DNA of 64,000 nucleotides from Candidatus Omnitrophota bacterium (GCA_041661605.1 JBAZUE010000001.1:287467-351466), one strand, 5' to 3'. Positions 1 to 9,604 are shown, numbered from the stretch's first letter. A program made the numbers and translations. Notes: generated from the letters alone by a model not told the origin.

Positions 1-1
1 A

Positions 2-292
2 GATTGGCTGGCAGATCCTTATAAGGGCCGGATCCCGGAAGCAGAGCCTATGCGAGTTTTTAAAAAAAGAGTACATGCAGCCATAAAAAAAATACTTCAG
101 GCCAACCGCGGAAAAACCATTGCCGTGGTCTGTCACGGCGGGGTGATCGGTGTATTTGTCAGCAGCATATTGAAGAGCAGGAGTTTTTGGAAATTCGTTC
201 CTTCTCCGGCAAGCGTAACTGTTGTGGAACACAATAAGAATAAGCTTAGTTTAAAGAAATTTAACCAGATTCAGGGACGTTTCTCAACCTAA
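2..292 (+). CDS. cobC: histidine phosphatase family protein, C-terminal part (alpha-ribazole phosphatase CobC-like); 5' end cut by window edge
   Basis: Frame is open from base 2 (DWLADPYKGRIPEAEP...). VVCHGGVI motif fits the His-phosphatase/PGM superfamily. Sits directly upstream of cobU-cobT-cobS. Confidence 0.6.
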   Translation, partial: DWLADPYKGRIPEAEPMRVFKKRVHAAIKKILQANRGKTIAVVCHGGVIGVFVSSILKSRSFWKFVPSPASVTVVEHNKNKLSLKKFNQIQGRFST

Positions 293-295
293 AGC

Positions 296-370
296 AGGGA
301 CGTTTCTTAAGTTAATCGGAGATGTGTCCCCTATGGGGACAGTTCTCCGATTGGGTTCAGAAACGTCCCT
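296..370. other. 75-nt three-tier hairpin between cobC and cobU
   Basis: Three perfect stems: AGGGACGTTTCT 296-307 / AGAAACGTCCCT 359-370; AATCGGAGA 314-322 / TCTCCGATT 344-352; TGTCCCC 325-331 / GGGGACA 335-341. An extra direct copy of the 5' arm lies at 272-284. Confidence 0.7.
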
Positions 371-379
371 AAAAAGAAT

Positions 380-904
380 ATGAAGAATATAACGTTGATA
401 CTTGGAGGCTCGCGCAGCGGAAAAAGCACCTATGCTTTGAGCCTGGCTAAGAAATATAAGAAAGTCGCCTTTGTAGCCACTTGTCAGGGGTTGGATAAAG
501 AGATGCGGGAGCGCATCAGGCTGCATAAAAAAGCAAGGCCAAAACACTGGGAGACTTTTGAGGAACCTAAGGAGCCGGGAAAACTAATAGGAAAATTAAG
601 CAATAGTTTTGATTGTGTGCTTGTTGATTGTTTGACTCTTTTGGTTTCAAACTTAGTTTTATCCGGGGATAAGCAAGGGCAGGTCCTTAAGAAGATTGAA
701 GAATTATTATCTGTTTTAGATAGGAAGAAAGTAAAAGTAATTCTGGTTTCTAATGAAGTGGGGTTGGGATTGGTCCCCGCCAACAAGCTGGGCAGAGAGT
801 TTCGCGATATCGCAGGAAGAGTGAATCAGATGGTTGCCAATAAAGCTGATGAAGTGTTTTTCACTGTTTCAGGAATAGCCTTAAAGATAAAAGGAGGCAA
901 ATAA
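380..904 (+). CDS. cobU: adenosylcobinamide kinase / adenosylcobinamide-phosphate guanylyltransferase
   Basis: P-loop LILGGSRSGKST; size and cob operon context fit. Confidence 0.9.
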   Translation: MKNITLILGGSRSGKSTYALSLAKKYKKVAFVATCQGLDKEMRERIRLHKKARPKHWETFEEPKEPGKLIGKLSNSFDCVLVDCLTLLVSNLVLSGDKQGQVLKKIEELLSVLDRKKVKVILVSNEVGLGLVPANKLGREFRDIAGRVNQMVANKADEVFFTVSGIALKIKGGK

Positions 905-1963
905 GTGGAGAGGATAAATAATGTAATCAAAAATATTTCAGGAATTGACCCTGTTATTATAAAAAACACGCAGACAAGATTGGATAATTTAACTAAGCCG
1001 TTGGGAAGTTTAGGCAGATTGGAAGAGATAGCTAAACAAATCTGCGGTATTACCGGAAAGATTAATCCATTATTAACCAATAAAGTTATTTTTACTTTAG
1101 CCGCTGATCACGGGGTTACTGATGAGGGGGTAAGCGCTTACCCTAAAGAGGTGACGGCTCAAATGGTTTCTAATTTTATCGCCGGCGGAGCCGGAATAAA
1201 TGTACTGGCAAAACATGTTGGCGCAAGGGTAGTGGTTGTGGATATCGGAGTGGCCGCAGAGCTTAAACCCGGACCAATGCTGCGGGTCAGGAAGATAGGT
1301 TACGGGACAAAAAACATGGCAAAGGGCCCGGCGATGTCAAGAGAGGAAGCGATAAAAGCGATAGAGGGGGGAATAGATTTATTTGAAGAAGAGTTTAAGC
1401 GCGGAATTGATATTGTCGGGACTGGTGAAATGGGTATAGGCAATACTACCGCAGCCAGTGCGATAACCGCTTCTTTTTGCGGTAAGCCGGTTGAAGAGAT
1501 TACAGGAAAAGGGGCTGGCCTGGATGAACCGGGGCTAATGAATAAAATTGAGGTTATTAAAAAATCCCTTTTGGTTAATAAACCTGACCCGGTTGATCCA
1601 ATTGATGTTTTGTCCAAAGTAGGCGGATTTGAGATTGCAGGCCTGGCGGGTATAATCCTGGCTGCTGCTTCCCATAAAACCCCTGTAGTTATTGACGGAT
1701 TTATATCCGGGGCCGCTGCTTTGGTAGCTTTTAAAATTGAGCCTAAAGTAAAAGAATATATGATTGCCGCGCATAAGTCTCAGGAGGGGGGCCATAAAAT
1801 TATTCTTGAGTACATTGGATTAAGGCCGTTGCTGGATTTAGATTTAAGGCTTGGTGAAGGCACTGGAGGAGCCCTTGGGATAGGGTTAGCTGACGCCGCG
1901 ATAAAAATCCTTACCCAGATGGCGACATTTAAAAGCGCCAACGTATCGGAGAAGAATATATGA
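905..1963 (+). CDS. cobT: nicotinate-nucleotide--dimethylbenzimidazole phosphoribosyltransferase
   Basis: GTG start abuts the cobU stop. GEMGIGNTT motif, 352 aa. Confidence 0.9.
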   Translation: MERINNVIKNISGIDPVIIKNTQTRLDNLTKPLGSLGRLEEIAKQICGITGKINPLLTNKVIFTLAADHGVTDEGVSAYPKEVTAQMVSNFIAGGAGINVLAKHVGARVVVVDIGVAAELKPGPMLRVRKIGYGTKNMAKGPAMSREEAIKAIEGGIDLFEEEFKRGIDIVGTGEMGIGNTTAASAITASFCGKPVEEITGKGAGLDEPGLMNKIEVIKKSLLVNKPDPVDPIDVLSKVGGFEIAGLAGIILAAASHKTPVVIDGFISGAAALVAFKIEPKVKEYMIAAHKSQEGGHKIILEYIGLRPLLDLDLRLGEGTGGALGIGLADAAIKILTQMATFKSANVSEKNI

Positions 1964-2700
1964 TCGCATCATTTTTTTTAGCGCTGCAATTTTTAACAAT
2001 CATCCCGATTAGGTTAAAAGAGGCTAAGGAGCAAAAAATAGCAGCCTCACTGGTGTTTTATCCGGTTGTCGGACTGCTCCTGGGGTTATTTTTGGCAGGG
2101 GTAAACGTATCTGTCTCTTTCTTGAATTTTTCTTCCCTTGCCATGAGTGTGATTACCGTGGTTGTTTTGATCATTATTACCGGAGGCCTGCATTTGGATG
2201 GCTTGTCGGATACTGCCGATGCCTTCTTAAGCGGAAAACCTAAGGAACAAATGCTTGAGATAATGCGTGATTCGTGCACCGGGGTAATGGGTGTTTTAAG
2301 CCTGATAAGCGTAATATTGATAAAGATTGTTCTGTTTTTTTCAATAAGTGTATCTTTGCAGCCTATCGCATTGATGTTGATGTGCAGCTTAAGCCGTTGG
2401 TCAGCGGTAGCAACAGTATTCTTTTTTCCTTATGCCCGCAAGGAAGGCAAGGCCGGGGTATTTATCAAAGGTATGAACCTGAATATATTTATCCTTTCTT
2501 CAGTTACGGTGGTTCTTTGTGCTTCTATAGCCTGGCAAGTAAGAGGGCTGATTATATTATTGATCGTTACCGGTTTTAGCTACTTGGCAGGAAAATTCTC
2601 CACTAAAAAGATAGGGGGCATAACCGGTGATACTTTGGGAGCGGGGATTGAACTAACGGAGATAATTACTCTTTTGTCGGTATTTATCCTGGGAAAATAG
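1960..2700 (+). CDS. cobS: adenosylcobinamide-GDP ribazoletransferase (cobalamin synthase)
   Basis: Polytopic membrane protein with LHLDGLSDTADA motif. Start overlaps the cobT stop. Confidence 0.9.
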   Translation: MIASFFLALQFLTIIPIRLKEAKEQKIAASLVFYPVVGLLLGLFLAGVNVSVSFLNFSSLAMSVITVVVLIIITGGLHLDGLSDTADAFLSGKPKEQMLEIMRDSCTGVMGVLSLISVILIKIVLFFSISVSLQPIALMLMCSLSRWSAVATVFFFPYARKEGKAGVFIKGMNLNIFILSSVTVVLCASIAWQVRGLIILLIVTGFSYLAGKFSTKKIGGITGDTLGAGIELTEIITLLSVFILGK

Positions 2701-4212
2701 ATGAAAGCCAAAACATTGCAGGTTTGCGGCACAGGTTCAGGGGTAGGTAAAAGCGTGATTGTTTCTGCCTTATGTAGGATATTTTTGCAGGAGGGTTACC
2801 GTGTGGCACCTTTTAAGGCTCAGAATATGGCTCTGAATTCATTTGTTACCAGAGAGCAGGGTGAGATCGGCCGGGCGCAGGCAACCCAGGCCCAGTCCTG
2901 CCGCATAGAGCCGACAATAGATATGAACCCTGTTTTGATCAAGCCGACCAGCGACGTAGGCGCCCAGGTTATTGTCTTGGGCAAGCCCATCGGGAATATG
3001 AATGCTTTGCGTTACACAAAATATAAAAGCAGACTTCTGGATGTAGTGAGAGGTTCATTCCGAAGATTGGCCGCTGATTATGAGGTTGTAGTAATAGAGG
3101 GGGCAGGCAGCCCCGCGGAGATAAATCTGAAATCGCACGACATAGTCAACCTGAAAATGGCCGCTTACGCCAAAGCTCCTGTTATCCTGGTAGGCGATAT
3201 TGATAAAGGCGGATTTTTTGCCTGGATTGTCGGGACACTGGAATTATTGACTCCCAATGAACGGAGAATGATTAAAGGTATAATTGTAAATAAATTCCGG
3301 GGGGATATAACTTTGCTTAAACCGGGAATAGATTTCCTGGAGAGGCGCACCGGCATCAAGGTGCTGGGGGTAATTCCTTATTATAAGGATATAAAAATCG
3401 CCGAAGAGGACGCTGTGCCTTTAGATAACTTTAAGGATAATCTTTCCGGCAGACAGCGCAGACTTAATATTGATGTAGTCTATCTGCCGCATATCTCCAA
3501 TTTCACGGATTTCGATTGTCTGGAAAAAGAGCCGGATGTGCGCTTACGCTACATAAAAAGCCCTGAAGAATTAAACAAGCCGGATATGATCATTATCCCC
3601 GGGACAAAGAATACTATTTCGGATTTAAGATACCTGATAAAATCGGGATTTATTAAGAGGATATTATCCATTATTAACTCTGGAAAGCCGGTTTCTTTGT
3701 TGGGGATCTGCGGCGGTTATCAGATGTTGGGCAGGAGGATACATGATAAGCATGGGCTGGAATCAAAGCGCAGGCAAATACCGGGATTAAATCTCCTGTC
3801 GGTTGAAACCAGCTTAAAGCCGGATAAAACCCTTGCTCGGGTTGAGGCAAAAGAGCTTTCTTCGGGTTTAAAATTATCAGGGTATGAGATCCATCACGGC
3901 CTAACCCGGATTACAGGAAAGTGTGATCCTCTTTTTGAGGTTTTTGAATCTAACGGCAAGAAAGCAAAATATCCGGAAGGGGCAATAAGTAAAGACCGGC
4001 GTATTTTAGGCACATATATACACGGCATATTTGACGCGGCAGCATTCAGAAGAAGCTTCCTGAACAGGCTAAGAAGGAAAAAAGGATGGCCTGCTTTACC
4101 GGTAAAAGAAAATTTCAATCCGGATAAGGAGTTTGATAAACTTGCGCAGCTGGTAAGGGATAATATTGATATGGGGTTATTGCGCAAGATACTTGCGAAA
4201 GGGCTGCGATGA
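2701..4212 (+). CDS. cobQ: cobyric acid synthase
   Basis: N-terminal CobQ/CobB/MinD-like ATPase (GTGSGVGKS) plus C-terminal glutamine amidotransferase (GICGGYQMLG, HG). Confidence 0.9.
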   Translation: MKAKTLQVCGTGSGVGKSVIVSALCRIFLQEGYRVAPFKAQNMALNSFVTREQGEIGRAQATQAQSCRIEPTIDMNPVLIKPTSDVGAQVIVLGKPIGNMNALRYTKYKSRLLDVVRGSFRRLAADYEVVVIEGAGSPAEINLKSHDIVNLKMAAYAKAPVILVGDIDKGGFFAWIVGTLELLTPNERRMIKGIIVNKFRGDITLLKPGIDFLERRTGIKVLGVIPYYKDIKIAEEDAVPLDNFKDNLSGRQRRLNIDVVYLPHISNFTDFDCLEKEPDVRLRYIKSPEELNKPDMIIIPGTKNTISDLRYLIKSGFIKRILSIINSGKPVSLLGICGGYQMLGRRIHDKHGLESKRRQIPGLNLLSVETSLKPDKTLARVEAKELSSGLKLSGYEIHHGLTRITGKCDPLFEVFESNGKKAKYPEGAISKDRRILGTYIHGIFDAAAFRRSFLNRLRRKKGWPALPVKENFNPDKEFDKLAQLVRDNIDMGLLRKILAKGLR

Positions 4213-4874
4213 AGGTAGCAGGCCTCTGGAGCGCGGGAAAGGACAGTTGTTTTGCCTGTTATAAAGCTATCTCTATGGGGCATGATCTTTCGGTATTATT
4301 CAATTTTACAGATCATGAAGGCAAAAATTCACTTTCTCACGGCCTAACTGCGTCTCTTATTTTAAAACAGGCCCAGCTTACCGGAATCCCGATAGCCCAG
4401 AAGGCAATGCCTAAGAGCAGCGAAGCCTACCGTGAGGAATTTAAGGCTTTGGTTTGTGCCTGGAAAAAGAAGGCGGGTATAGCTGGGATAGTTTTTGGGG
4501 ATATATATCTTAAAGAGCACAAAGAGTGGATTGACGCGGTGTGTCTCGAAGCAGAGGTAAAGCCAATCATGCCATTATGGGGCAGGGACACAAAAGAATT
4601 GATCTTAGAAATCATTGATTCCGATTTTAAGGCCATGGTGGTAGCTGTCAAAGCCGACCTATTGGGCAAGGAATGGTTGGGCCGCATTATGGACAGGAAA
4701 TTTATAGAAGAGCTGAAATCGGGAATTGACCCCTGCGGGGAGAAAGGAGAATTCCATACTTTAGTGGTTGATGGGCCATTGTTCAGGGAGTCGATCAAGA
4801 TATTGGAGACGCAACCTGTATTAAGAGAGAATTTTGGGAAACACTGGTTTTTAGATATTAAAAAATACGCTTAA
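4209..4874 (+). CDS. PP-loop ATP pyrophosphatase of the MJ0570/diphthine-ammonia ligase (ATP_bind_4, PF01902) family
   Basis: N-terminal SAGKDS PP-loop and GEKGEFHTLVVDGP motif. ATGA overlap with the cobQ stop. Confidence 0.7.
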   Translation: MKVAGLWSAGKDSCFACYKAISMGHDLSVLFNFTDHEGKNSLSHGLTASLILKQAQLTGIPIAQKAMPKSSEAYREEFKALVCAWKKKAGIAGIVFGDIYLKEHKEWIDAVCLEAEVKPIMPLWGRDTKELILEIIDSDFKAMVVAVKADLLGKEWLGRIMDRKFIEELKSGIDPCGEKGEFHTLVVDGPLFRESIKILETQPVLRENFGKHWFLDIKKYA

Positions 4875-4884
4875 ACTTCTAAAG

Positions 4885-5000
4885 ATACAAAACCGGATAG
4901 GTGAAGGAAGTCCTGGTGTAATTCCAGGCGCTGTCCCGCAACGGTAAACTGTTTGTGGTTTTAAACAGGAGCCCGGCCGATCATCTGTTTTCGGATAGTA
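4885..5000 (+). promoter_or_regulatory. cobalamin (B12) riboswitch
   Basis: Core GGTGAAGGAAGTCCTGGTGTAATTCCAGGCGCTGTCCCGCAACGGTAAA followed by the B12-box-like CAGGAGCCCGGCCGA. Lies just upstream of a TonB-dependent receptor gene. Boundaries are approximate. Confidence 0.8.
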
Positions 5001-5028
5001 CTTTCGAGGAACGGGAAAGGAAATAATC

Positions 5029-6894
5029 ATGAAAAATGTTTGCAGGAAGTTATTTATACCCGCATTACTAGGAATAATCTTATCAGGTACAGCCCGCGCA
5101 GAAGATGTTGAATTGGATAAAATCGTAGTTACTCCCTCAAGAATAGAAGAATCTTCAGGAGATACCGGCCGCGTAGTTGATGTGGTTACCTCGCAAGAAA
5201 TGGAATCGGAAGGGGCGCAGGATTTAGCGGATACCCTCACGGATTTTACCTCCGTCAATATAAGCAATTACGGCGGGCCAAATGCAACGAAATCAGTAAG
5301 GATGCGGGGTTCCACCTCTGCTCAAGTTTTAGTTTTGATGGATGGCAGGCCGATAAATAATCCAAGAGATGGCGAAGCGGATTTATCCAATATACCTTTA
5401 GATGATATAGCCAGGGTTGAGGTTATGCACGGTCCTGGTTCCAGCCTCTATGGCAGCTCGGCAATGGGAGGGGTGGTTAATATCATTACCAAGAAACCGC
5501 CCAAAGAAGGGATGAAGACTGAGCTCTACAGCAGTTTTGGCACTGCCAGGACCTATGTTGAGCGTATGTTAAATGGGGCAAGGATCTCAAAATTCGGCTA
5601 TCTTATCAGCGGAGGATACCAAAGCTCCCAGGGCTTTCGGGAGAACTCCGAACTGAACGCCAAAGACTGCAATCTTAAATTGGAATATGAACTAAATAGG
5701 GAAAATAGTTTAAAGTTTAATTCCGGTTTTTACAAAAGCAGGGCAGGGACTCCAGGATCAATACAATATTTTGATTCTGATGATAAGCAAAATACTCTGA
5801 ACCGTTTTTTTGATTTTAATTGGAATTTCAAACCGGATGAACAAACCGGGATATCAGCCAGGGCTTATCAGAATTACGACAGGTTGGAATTTATGGAGAA
5901 TTCTTCCGATGGTTCAAATCCTGCTAACCAAAAAGATATCCATAGCACTACAGCAAGAGGCTTTGATCTGCAGCTTGATAAGCAGCTACTGGAAGCCTAT
6001 GGGATAGTATGCGGTTTTAATTACACGAAGAATATGAATGACTCTACTACAAGCGCAAAGCATAAATATATTGTTTCTTCAGGCTACTTGGAAAACCGGC
6101 TGGATTTATTTGAAAAAAAACTGAATGTTAACCTTAGCGCCAGGCTTGACGATTACTCAAATTTCGGCACAGAGGTTAATCCAAGTTTGAATGCTCTCTA
6201 TAAATTCAATGAGGATATAAAATTCCACGGATTGATCAGCCGTTCATTCCGCGCGCCTACTTTTAATGATTTGTATTGGCCGACGACCATTTATCCGCCC
6301 CCTTGGGAGGGTGGGGAATCAGGAAATCCAAATTTAAAACCGGAAAAAGGGATCACGGAAGAATTAGGGGCTGAGGTAAGAATTAATAAGTATCTTTCTT
6401 CAGGATTTACTTATTTCCACAGTGATTTTAAGCAGCTTATACAATGGTCTCCAGATGTAAGTAATATATATCGTCCGGAAAATGTCAACTCCGCGAAAAT
6501 TGATGGCATCGAATTCGGAAACAAGATATTCATTTCAGATAATCTCGACTTGAATATTAATTATACATACTTGGTCGCCAGGGATGAAGATACTCATAAA
6601 TATCTTGTATATCAACCGATGAATAAGGTTGATGCTTGTTTGAAATACCATAGTTACGATGGGTTGATAGTTGAATTAAGGGGGCAATTTACTGGCCAAA
6701 GGTTTAAGGATGCGGAAAATATGATTAAGGTAAAACATTTTTTTGTTTTCGGCCTTAGCGTATCAAAGAAATTCAAAACCGGAATTACCTGTTTTGCCTA
6801 CATCGATAACCTTGCAAACCGCAAATATCAGGTCATTCAGGGTTATCCCATGCCTGGTTTTTCTTTTACCGGCGGCTTGAAAGCTGAGTTCTAA
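5029..6894 (+). CDS. btuB: TonB-dependent outer membrane receptor, vitamin B12 transporter BtuB-like
   Basis: Signal peptide, TonB box and plug (DKIVVTPSRIEES...), beta-barrel ending in F. Preceded by the B12 riboswitch. Confidence 0.85.
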   Translation: MKNVCRKLFIPALLGIILSGTARAEDVELDKIVVTPSRIEESSGDTGRVVDVVTSQEMESEGAQDLADTLTDFTSVNISNYGGPNATKSVRMRGSTSAQVLVLMDGRPINNPRDGEADLSNIPLDDIARVEVMHGPGSSLYGSSAMGGVVNIITKKPPKEGMKTELYSSFGTARTYVERMLNGARISKFGYLISGGYQSSQGFRENSELNAKDCNLKLEYELNRENSLKFNSGFYKSRAGTPGSIQYFDSDDKQNTLNRFFDFNWNFKPDEQTGISARAYQNYDRLEFMENSSDGSNPANQKDIHSTTARGFDLQLDKQLLEAYGIVCGFNYTKNMNDSTTSAKHKYIVSSGYLENRLDLFEKKLNVNLSARLDDYSNFGTEVNPSLNALYKFNEDIKFHGLISRSFRAPTFNDLYWPTTIYPPPWEGGESGNPNLKPEKGITEELGAEVRINKYLSSGFTYFHSDFKQLIQWSPDVSNIYRPENVNSAKIDGIEFGNKIFISDNLDLNINYTYLVARDEDTHKYLVYQPMNKVDACLKYHSYDGLIVELRGQFTGQRFKDAENMIKVKHFFVFGLSVSKKFKTGITCFAYIDNLANRKYQVIQGYPMPGFSFTGGLKAEF

Positions 6895-6910
6895 TGTGAT
6901 AAACTAAGCC

Positions 6911-7630
6911 ATGAATTCTAGCAGGCTTATATGGATTACTCTTGTTGTCTCCATTTTTTCGCACGGGGCGCTGCTTTTACAAAGCCCTAACCTGAATCCT
7001 TTTGTGCCTGCTCCAAAAGAACAGGTCATAAAGGTGCGTTACCTTAAAAAAGAGGAGGCCCCGTCTAAGTCTTTGCTTAAGCAGCCGTTAAATGCGGAAG
7101 CGAAAAAATCACTTTCTAAGCTTGATCCATTCTTAAGGCTTGATTCAAAAATTGTCAATAGGGTCTCCGGCAACAGTGTCCCGCCGCCCTATATTGAAAG
7201 AGAAAATGTTTTTAAAAAAGATACCAGGGCTTTAACGAATAAGTCCCCGGAATTTGCCAAGCCAGCATTCAGCAGCCCTGAGATTATAGCGATAAAAAAG
7301 AAGATTACGCTGCCTGAAATAGAGATGGCCAGGATCAATAATCCCAGCTACATAAGCTATTATCAGATTGTCCGGGAAAAAATCCGCCGCAGCGCTTACC
7401 AGAATTATACTCACAATGAAACAGGGGAAGTTTGTATCTCTTTTATTATATCGAATGAGGGGTATCTCAAAGTTTTTCATTTAATTGAAGCAAAGACTTC
7501 CGCCAGCGATTATTTGAAGGCGATCGCTTTGAGAAGCGTTAAAGATGCATCGCCATTTCCCAACTTTCCCAAAGAATTGGATTATCCCCAGCTTTCCTTT
7601 AATATTATTATCTCTTTTGAGATTGAATAA
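6911..7630 (+). CDS. energy transducer TonB-like protein
   Basis: N-terminal TM anchor, Pro/Lys-rich linker and TonB_C-like C-terminus (GEVCISFIISNEGYL...ASPFPNFP). Confidence 0.6.
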   Translation: MNSSRLIWITLVVSIFSHGALLLQSPNLNPFVPAPKEQVIKVRYLKKEEAPSKSLLKQPLNAEAKKSLSKLDPFLRLDSKIVNRVSGNSVPPPYIERENVFKKDTRALTNKSPEFAKPAFSSPEIIAIKKKITLPEIEMARINNPSYISYYQIVREKIRRSAYQNYTHNETGEVCISFIISNEGYLKVFHLIEAKTSASDYLKAIALRSVKDASPFPNFPKELDYPQLSFNIIISFEIE

Positions 7631-7640
7631 TACCCTATTA

Positions 7641-7669
7641 TTGACACCTTTCTAAAAGAGTGGTATATT
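7641..7669 (+). promoter_or_regulatory. sigma-70 promoter of rpsU
   Basis: TTGACA 7641-7646, 17-nt spacer, TGgTATATT extended -10 (hexamer 7664-7669). Confidence 0.6.
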
Positions 7670-7704
7670 AATTATCTAAATTACAATGAAAGGAGATGAT
7701 CATA

Positions 7705-7866
7705 TTGTCACAGGTAGAAGTCAAGAAAGATGAGTCTTTTGAATCTGCTTTGCGCCGTTTCAAGAAGAAGATTGAACAGGACGGCATCCTGCGTGAAGTC
7801 CGCGACCGCAAGCATTACGAAAAACCCAGCGAGCGCAAAAGAAAAAAAGCTAAAACCAGAAAATAA
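7705..7866 (+). CDS. rpsU: 30S ribosomal protein S21
   Basis: Own translation: (M)[55 protein letters not shown] start 9 nt after GGAG; an in-frame ATG at 7696 is the alternative. Missed by the ORF track because it is under 60 aa. Confidence 0.9.
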   Translation: MSQVEVKKDESFESALRRFKKKIEQDGILREVRDRKHYEKPSERKRKKAKTRK

Positions 7867-7868
7867 GC

Positions 7869-8792
7869 ATGACTTTAGCGATATCCACCTCTTGGAACGC
7901 TTATCGTTTTAATGACGGGGAAAAATTGCTCTTTGAAATAAGCCGGCTTGGGTTTAATGCCGTTGAGTTAAGCTTTAATCTTAGCTCTGAGATGGTAGAA
8001 GAGATTTCAGCCTTGGCCCGGAGGCTGAAAATCAGTATTGAAAGCGTGCATAATTATTGCCCTATTCCGGACGGGTTGAGCCGGCAGAAGGCTTTACCGG
8101 ATTATTATTCTCTGGCATCCCCGGATGAAGAAGAGCGTGCTTTAGCAGTAAAATATACAAAACGCAGCATTGCTACGGCCGCCGGATTAGGAGCTAAGGT
8201 TGTTGTCTTGCATTGCGGCAGGGTTGAGGTTGCTGATTATACGCGTAAGTTGATTGATTCGTATAATCAGGGCAAGAATAATTCAGCTGAATTCCGGGAA
8301 CTGAAAAAGAAGATGATCCGGGAGCGCGCGCTTGAATCCGAAAGATTCCTGAAACAGGCTTTATTTAGTATCGAAGAATTAAATGCTTACGCGCAAATAA
8401 AAGGGCTGTTGCTGGGGATAGAAACAAGGTTCTATTACCGGGAAATTCCCAATATTGACGAAATAGGGATTATCCTTGATAAATTTAACAACTCCCAGGT
8501 GTATTATTGGCATGATACCGGACATGCCCAATTAATGGAAAATTTAGGGCTGGCAAGCCATAAAGATTTCCTGGATCGTTTTGGCCGGCGTATGATCGGA
8601 GTGCATTTGCATGATATCCTGGGCTGCCAGGATCACCTTGCGCCTTTGCAGGGAAAATTAGATTTTAGCATGCTCAAGCCTTATTTAAAGAAAAATACTT
8701 TAAAAGTTATCGAGGCGCATCAGCCGGCTACCGCGGAAGAATTAATTAAGAGCCGTAACTTTATATCCCGGGTTTATGATGAACCAGCTTAA
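7869..8792 (+). CDS. sugar phosphate isomerase/epimerase (xylose isomerase-like TIM barrel)
   Basis: AP endonuclease 2/xylose-isomerase-like pattern (VVLHCG, GIETRFYY, HDTGHA, HLHD). Confidence 0.65.
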   Translation: MTLAISTSWNAYRFNDGEKLLFEISRLGFNAVELSFNLSSEMVEEISALARRLKISIESVHNYCPIPDGLSRQKALPDYYSLASPDEEERALAVKYTKRSIATAAGLGAKVVVLHCGRVEVADYTRKLIDSYNQGKNNSAEFRELKKKMIRERALESERFLKQALFSIEELNAYAQIKGLLLGIETRFYYREIPNIDEIGIILDKFNNSQVYYWHDTGHAQLMENLGLASHKDFLDRFGRRMIGVHLHDILGCQDHLAPLQGKLDFSMLKPYLKKNTLKVIEAHQPATAEELIKSRNFISRVYDEPA

Positions 8793-9600
8793 TATCCGAA
8801 AGCCTTCTGTGGCCGGGCAGTTTTATCCGTCAGACCCGGAGGCTATTGTTGAGTTAATTTCTTCTTTTAAGGTTAAGCCAGCGCAAAAGCAGGATGTAAT
8901 TGGATGCATCTTGCCTCATGCCGGATACATTTATTCAGGCAGAGTAGCGACCCAAACCCTATCGGGAATAAATATTAAAGATACAGTCATTCTTTTAGGG
9001 CCTAATCATTACGGAAATGGGCCTGATTTTAGCCTGATGCCCCAGGGGTATTGGCAGACTCCTTTGGGGAATGTTGAAATCGATTCCCGGGTGGCGAATT
9101 TATTTCTGGAGGCTTCAAAATACCTGAAAGCCGATATTTCCGCCCATATGGATGAGCATTCACTGGAAGTAGAGCTGCCTATATTGCAGTATTTTAAAAA
9201 AAGTTTTAAGATTGTTCCCATTACTATTAAAACCGACGATTTAGATAGTCTTAAAGTAGTTGCGGAAGAATTGGCAGGAGTAATTATTAAAAACAATCTT
9301 AAAAGTTCAACCATGTTTATTGCCAGCTCTGATATGACGCATTATGAGCCGCAATCAAGCGCAGAGAAAAAAGATGCTTTGGCGATAGAGGCAATAACTT
9401 CTTTAGATGAAGATAAGCTTGAGTTCGTGGTTAGAAAATCAGCTATTTCCATGTGTGGCTTTGCCCCGGTTGTGGTTTTATTAAGGGCTGCCAGGATTCT
9501 TGGGGCAAAAAAGGGCAGGTTAATTAAATATCAAACCAGCGGTGAGGCCAGCGGTGACACAAGCAGTGTTGTTGGCTACGCCGGAATCACAATCAATTAA
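8776..9600 (+). CDS. MEMO1 family protein (AmmeMemoRadiSam system protein B)
   Basis: AGQFYP, PHAGYIYSG and SSDMTHYE motifs. Confidence 0.85.
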   Translation: MMNQLNIRKPSVAGQFYPSDPEAIVELISSFKVKPAQKQDVIGCILPHAGYIYSGRVATQTLSGINIKDTVILLGPNHYGNGPDFSLMPQGYWQTPLGNVEIDSRVANLFLEASKYLKADISAHMDEHSLEVELPILQYFKKSFKIVPITIKTDDLDSLKVVAEELAGVIIKNNLKSSTMFIASSDMTHYEPQSSAEKKDALAIEAITSLDEDKLEFVVRKSAISMCGFAPVVVLLRAARILGAKKGRLIKYQTSGEASGDTSSVVGYAGITIN

Positions 9601-9604
9601 GAGA

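Noticed and set aside
7730-7912. 60-aa track ORF spanning the rpsU region and the start of the next gene
   Set aside because: It is out of frame with a clear S21 coding sequence and overlaps the TIM-barrel gene start. Its composition looks like an artefact of reading rpsU in the wrong frame.
8776-9600. A possible AmmeMemoRadiSam system, pairing the MEMO-like protein B with the radical SAM gene at 30950
   Set aside because: The radical SAM gene is about 21 kb away and looks like the PflX/COG1313 type rather than the AmmeMemoRadiSam partner. No AMMECR1 gene is seen in the window.
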